Source: Eledone cirrhosa
Taxonomy: Eukaryota
Length of the DNA: 64,000 nucleotides
Reading direction: 5' to 3'
Assembly: GCA_964016885.1 (NCBI GenBank)
Contig: CAXHJY010000578.1
Span: forward strand, 31,662 to 95,661
In this document: positions 58,457 through 64,000 of the stretch, piece after piece
Layout of the letters: every line of letters begins with the position of its first letter
How positions within the stretch are numbered: the stretch's first letter is position 1
Program-made: the position numbers and the translations under genes
Notes under the pieces: model-generated
Databases searched by the model: none
What the model saw: only the letters and a program-made list of their open reading frames with translations
What the model was told of the DNA's origin: nothing

Positions 58457-59419
58457 ATGGACTGCATGCAGGAAAAATGGGAAAAATGTGAAATCAGGAG
58501 TCAGCGAAACTGGTCGAAGATTGAACTAGCGGTTTTGATCAAGGGGTGGACTATGGCTGATGGGTCTCCACCAAGCAAAAAGATGGCGGAGAACCTGAAG
58601 AGCCATGGGTTTATGAGGACCCTGGTACAGATAGAGAGAAAGAGAAAAGAAATTGAGAAGGCGTATGTCCTCATAGCGCCTCATATGGCGATGCTAAGCC
58701 GTGTCCTCAGGGAGGAGAAAACCGAAGGGAGGGATGAGGAGAAGGAGAGGGAAAAGGAAGAGGAAAAGGAAAGGGAAAAAGAAAAGGAGGAGAGCACAAG
58801 CACGGACCTGAAAGAAAATGATATACCCTCCGCTACAGGCAGGGAGGGCAGGCCGGGCAACCAACAAGCTAAGGGCAAAGGTGAAAAGCGAAATCACCTT
58901 CCGAAGGAGAACCAAGCGCAGAGGGACCAGTGGACAACTGTTCAAAGAAAGAACAGAAAGCACCGAGACACTGGGAGCAAAAAACACCAAGTAATGTGCA
59001 AGTTTTTCAAGAACGGGACATGCTGGTATGGAGAGACAGGGATGGGATGCAGATTCGCCCACCCTAGGTCTCAAACGAACTATGCCCATCATACTCGCGC
59101 AACATGCCCCAGCCAAAGCCGAAATAAGCCGCTCCAGAAGTATGCTGATGTCGCGCGTGCTGCACCAACAAGGAGAAGGCACGCACATGCCGACGAGATA
59201 CAGATGGCAGCAGCAGATCAGAAAAATTTTTTAGTGATGGCCGAGAAGATTGTGGGACAGCTGACCTGGCTGCATCGTCTCCAGAGCCAGGGTCATCCAC
59301 ACCAGCACTCGAGACCACCGCAGTTAAGGGACCCAGAGTGGCCGCCGCTGACACCAGACCAGGTGTCATACCGACAGCCATTACTGGCACCCCAAAAGTC
59401 ACACCAGTGCTGCTGCTGA
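58457..59419 (+). CDS. LINE ORF1: Myb/SANT trihelix-like N-terminus, charged linker, CCCH zinc finger
   Basis: WSKIELAVLIKGW...GFMRTLVQIERKRKEI; CKFFKNGTCWYGETGMGCRFAH. Confidence 0.82.
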   Translation: MDCMQEKWEKCEIRSQRNWSKIELAVLIKGWTMADGSPPSKKMAENLKSHGFMRTLVQIERKRKEIEKAYVLIAPHMAMLSRVLREEKTEGRDEEKEREKEEEKEREKEKEESTSTDLKENDIPSATGREGRPGNQQAKGKGEKRNHLPKENQAQRDQWTTVQRKNRKHRDTGSKKHQVMCKFFKNGTCWYGETGMGCRFAHPRSQTNYAHHTRATCPSQSRNKPLQKYADVARAAPTRRRHAHADEIQMAAADQKNFLVMAEKIVGQLTWLHRLQSQGHPHQHSRPPQLRDPEWPPLTPDQVSYRQPLLAPQKSHQCCC

Positions 59420-62379
59420 ATGTCAGGGGCCTGGTGAAACTCAGCAACATGAGTAAAATTTCCTACCTGGGAGACTTAGCCATAAGCAATCAAGCACTAT
59501 GCATGGCACTAACCGAAACGCACCTGACAAGCAGTATAGCAGATGCAGAAATACATATACCGAAATATACTGTATTTCGTTCGGACAGGAAGGAGAGAAC
59601 TCATGGTGGGGTTGCTCTGTATATCCGTGAAGATGTCACACCAATTGTTCTGTTGACACATTCAAACTCAGTCTGTGACACACTGATAATACATATGAAG
59701 CAACTACAGACGGTAATATGTGTCACATATCGGCCGCCCGATGCCCCCAGTCATGAGGGTAAATTTGAGGATAGCCTAAGTAGGATAGAAGAGGTCCTTG
59801 ACAAACTGGACCAGGGTCTCAACATCCTACTGCTGGGAGACTTCAACCTACCAAAGGTCAAATGGCCTGAGGGCCACCTCCTCCCTGGAATGACGTCAAT
59901 AGAACAGAGACAGACGGAATCCCTGCTGGCCCTCACACACAGGCTGTTCATGGAGCAAGCAATACTCCTCCCAACAAGAGGCGAAAATGTCCTGGACCTC
60001 TGTTTTACAAACAACGAAGTGCTCATCCACAATGTAAAGGTGACACCAACAATTCTCTCGGATCATAACTTGGTAGAGCTAATGATATGTGGTCCAAGAG
60101 AACCAACAGAGACAAAACCACCAAGAAGCTCCGGGACGCTATCCAGCCTTAACTTCTACGGGGCTGACTGGAAGAAGATTAAGAGTGAAATCCGGAAGCA
60201 AACATGGAGTGCAAACATCGCCACACAAGACACTAACACACAATTTCAACACTTCATGACAACGATACACACCATATGCAAAAAGTGTGTCCCGGAGAAA
60301 GAGGCAAACAGACACAAAAATCTTATTCCCAGAGATAGGAAAATCCTTATGAGACGTAGAACTAAACTCTCAAACCAGTTGAATAGTCAACAAAACCAAA
60401 ACAAGAAGGAATCCTATTTGAAACGTGCACTACTTGACACCGAGATTGCACTCAAGCTTTCACATGAGAATGAGAGGGCAAGGAAAGAGAACAGGGCCAT
60501 AGAAAACATTAAAACAAACCCTAAGGCCTTCTTTAAATTTGCAAAAGAAACTGCCTCAGTACACTGCAAGATTGGACCACTCTTCCACACGGACGGTTCA
60601 TTAACCGAAAATCCCCAAGAGATATGTGAAATACTGAATGAACAGTACAAAAGTGTCTTCACATGTCCACTGAGGCACATGCAAATAACGAAGCCAGAGG
60701 AGTTCTTTGATGCCACAACACTACATCAAGAAATGGCAACCATCAACCACATAGACATAACGGAGGAGGATGTGGTGTACGCCATTGATGAAATTAGAAC
60801 AGACTCGGCTGCTGGACCTGATGGATTCCCAGCAGTTCTCCTAAAAATATGTAAGCGGGCCTTAGCAACTCCACTGAAGATGCTCTTCAGAAGCTCCTTG
60901 GCTAGCGGTGTACTACCCAGGGAGCTGAAAGAAGGCACAATATGCCCTATCCATAAAGGAGGTAGTAGAGCGGAGGCCAAGAACTATAGGCCAGTCTCCC
61001 TGACGTCGCATATCAGTAAGGTCATGGAGCGAGTCGTCAGAAAGAAACTAATCACTTTCCTCGAAGAAAATGACCGCCTGACTAGCACGCAACATGGCTT
61101 CCGCCCAGGAAGAAGCTGCCTTACACAGCTGCTACATCACTACGACTGGGTACTGAGACAGCTACTAGACAGCTCACATGTAGACGTGATATATCTTGAC
61201 TTTGCGAAGGCCTTTGACAAGGTCGACCACGGAATGATATGTCACAAACTACACGGACTCGGCATAACTGGAAAAGTAGGTGAGTGGCTGCATGGCTTCC
61301 TGAGGGACAGAAGCCAGGCAGTCGCAGCAAATGGGGCTCTCTCGAGGGAAACACCGATAACAAGTGGGGTGCCTCAGGGGACAGTCCTGGGACCACTACT
61401 GTTTTTGGTGGCTCTCTCGGACATGCCCTCTGTGGTGCATGCAACAACATCCCTCACTAGCTATGCTGATGACACTAAGGTAGCACAGGCAATCAAAAAC
61501 CCGGCTGACACTGCCCTCTTACAGCAGGATCTGGATGCCATATACAGATGGGCGGAAGAAAACAACATGCAGTTTAATGCTGGCAAATTCCAAGCCCTAC
61601 AATACAAACCTGCAAACACAAACACAAATATAGCGGAACACAGCTACACAGGACCAGGAGGGACCGATATCCCCGTGTCAAAATCGATACGAGACCTGGG
61701 CATAGACATGAGCGATGATGCATCTTTTTCTTCACACATCATGAAGGTGGCGACAGCATGTAGACGATTCGCTGGCTGGATCTTGAGGACTTTCCTTACA
61801 AGAGATCGAGACACCATGTTGACACTGTGGAGGACTTTTGTCCTAAGCCGCCTGGACTACTGCTCCCAGCTGTGGTCACCCCATAGTGTCAAACTAACCA
61901 CAGAGCTTGAGGCAATCCAGCGAAGCTACACCAAGAGGATTGCCAAGATGAGGGAGACAAGCTACTGGGAGAGGCTGAAGGAACTGAACCTCTACTCCTT
62001 GGAGCGAAGACGGGAGAGATACGCAGTGATCTACATGTGGAAAATCCTGGAGGGACTAGCACCAAACTTTGGCATTGGGAGCTGGACCAACCGTCGAACA
62101 GGACGTCACTGTGTGGTGCCAAAGGTCCCGTCTTCCACATCTAGAATAAGGAGCAGGTATTGCAATAGCCTGGGATTCAAGGGCCCTCAACTCTTCAACA
62201 GGCTGCCGAGGCATCTGCGAGACTTGCATGACGTGGAGGTGGATGTCTTTAAGAAACATCTCGACACCTTGTTATCCAGGATCCCGGATGAGCCCACAGC
62301 AAGACACGAGGGAAACCTAAGGGCAGCAGCAACAAACTCCCTCCTACACCAGTGGCCAACCTATACAGGCTGGAGATAA
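59338..62379 (+). CDS. LINE ORF2: APE endonuclease plus reverse transcriptase (true start uncertain)
   Basis: [75 protein letters not shown]; 1013 aa uninterrupted. Confidence 0.96.
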   Translation: MAAADTRPGVIPTAITGTPKVTPVLLLNVRGLVKLSNMSKISYLGDLAISNQALCMALTETHLTSSIADAEIHIPKYTVFRSDRKERTHGGVALYIREDVTPIVLLTHSNSVCDTLIIHMKQLQTVICVTYRPPDAPSHEGKFEDSLSRIEEVLDKLDQGLNILLLGDFNLPKVKWPEGHLLPGMTSIEQRQTESLLALTHRLFMEQAILLPTRGENVLDLCFTNNEVLIHNVKVTPTILSDHNLVELMICGPREPTETKPPRSSGTLSSLNFYGADWKKIKSEIRKQTWSANIATQDTNTQFQHFMTTIHTICKKCVPEKEANRHKNLIPRDRKILMRRRTKLSNQLNSQQNQNKKESYLKRALLDTEIALKLSHENERARKENRAIENIKTNPKAFFKFAKETASVHCKIGPLFHTDGSLTENPQEICEILNEQYKSVFTCPLRHMQITKPEEFFDATTLHQEMATINHIDITEEDVVYAIDEIRTDSAAGPDGFPAVLLKICKRALATPLKMLFRSSLASGVLPRELKEGTICPIHKGGSRAEAKNYRPVSLTSHISKVMERVVRKKLITFLEENDRLTSTQHGFRPGRSCLTQLLHHYDWVLRQLLDSSHVDVIYLDFAKAFDKVDHGMICHKLHGLGITGKVGEWLHGFLRDRSQAVAANGALSRETPITSGVPQGTVLGPLLFLVALSDMPSVVHATTSLTSYADDTKVAQAIKNPADTALLQQDLDAIYRWAEENNMQFNAGKFQALQYKPANTNTNIAEHSYTGPGGTDIPVSKSIRDLGIDMSDDASFSSHIMKVATACRRFAGWILRTFLTRDRDTMLTLWRTFVLSRLDYCSQLWSPHSVKLTTELEAIQRSYTKRIAKMRETSYWERLKELNLYSLERRRERYAVIYMWKILEGLAPNFGIGSWTNRRTGRHCVVPKVPSSTSRIRSRYCNSLGFKGPQLFNRLPRHLRDLHDVEVDVFKKHLDTLLSRIPDEPTARHEGNLRAAATNSLLHQWPTYTGWR

Positions 62380-62452
62380 AGTGTGTAGCAGCAAGGGCGG
62401 TGCCCCAGCATGGCCTCAGCCGGATGGCTGAAACAGGTAAAAGAGTAAAAGA

Positions 62453-63181
<729 letters not shown>

Positions 63182-63212
63182 GTAGGAGGTGAGTTTTATT
63201 GTAGCACAATAA

Positions 63213-64000
63213 AGCAATGCAGATATAGTTAACCTTAATATTATTAAGAACAATATACGTAATCTCTTTAACCAACATAACCTAAAAATTGAATTTGATA
63301 ACAGCATCAAACTAGCTAATTTCTTGGATGTATCTCTTAATCTTGACACTGGCCTATATTACCCTCACCATAAAAACAATGAGAACCTAAATTATGTTAA
63401 CTTTAAATCTAACCATCCTACTAATATCAAGAATGCTATAGTTAGTAATATTGGAAAAAGAATATCTAACCTATCTTCTAATAAAAACATCTTTGATGCT
63501 AACGACAATTACTATAATAACGCGCTTTCTAAAGCCGGCTATCCTGATAAAATTAAATATAGTAAAGAAACAAATTCTAGAAGAAATTACAGTAGAATAA
63601 TTAATCATGATCATTCCAATAACTTTAATAAAAGACCTAGATACAACAACATAATCTGGTATAATGCTCCTTTCTCCATCTCTATTAATAACAATATTTC
63701 TAAATTATTCTTTAGTGCCTTAAATAAATGCTTCCCTCCCTCACATATCTATAGTAAAATATTTAACAAACACACTATAAAATTTTCCTATTCTACATCC
63801 TCCAACATTTCCAACATTATCTCTAAACACAACAATAAAATACTAAATACTAAATCTCTTCCTTCCAACACTGAATATCATAATAATAGTACTCCCGACG
63901 TCATTGTAAACCCTAGGCTAATTTCTACAAACCCAAATACAACGTCAAACACAACTTCGCTAAATGTTCTTAATCCCATTTTAAATCAAGAAACTATTAT
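63213..64000 (+). mobile_element. Second Penelope-like element fragment (RT thumb/linker), running off the window
   Basis: Open frame not in the ORF track: [67 protein letters not shown]. Confidence 0.85.

Overview
Eukaryotic, AT-rich, repeat-saturated DNA. The tRNA-SINE families and very long (AT)n tracts suggest an octopus/cephalopod genome (inference). No host gene could be confidently called, and nearly all long ORFs in the track are microsatellite artefacts. Recognisable elements: a decayed RTE-clade LINE with a 57-bp target-site duplication (5693-10048), an apparently intact CR1-group LINE whose ORF2 is probably reached by a -1 frameshift (58110-62455), two Penelope-like (PLE) retroelements (39580-41700, 63213-64000), an internally deleted mariner, three non-autonomous Helitrons and many SINEs. 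The main hidden signal is RNA-level: about 18 minimal type I hammerhead ribozyme motifs from roughly 11 unrelated families, read by eye. They sit next to (AT)n tracts and include two non-coding tandem arrays (591-bp and ~320-bp units, retrozyme-like) in an inverted, tails-outward arrangement. Three unrelated families use the uncommon U3-A8 compensatory core (UUGANAA). This looks like a PLE-dependent, (AT)n-targeting retrozyme system. Ribozyme activity and novelty are untested.
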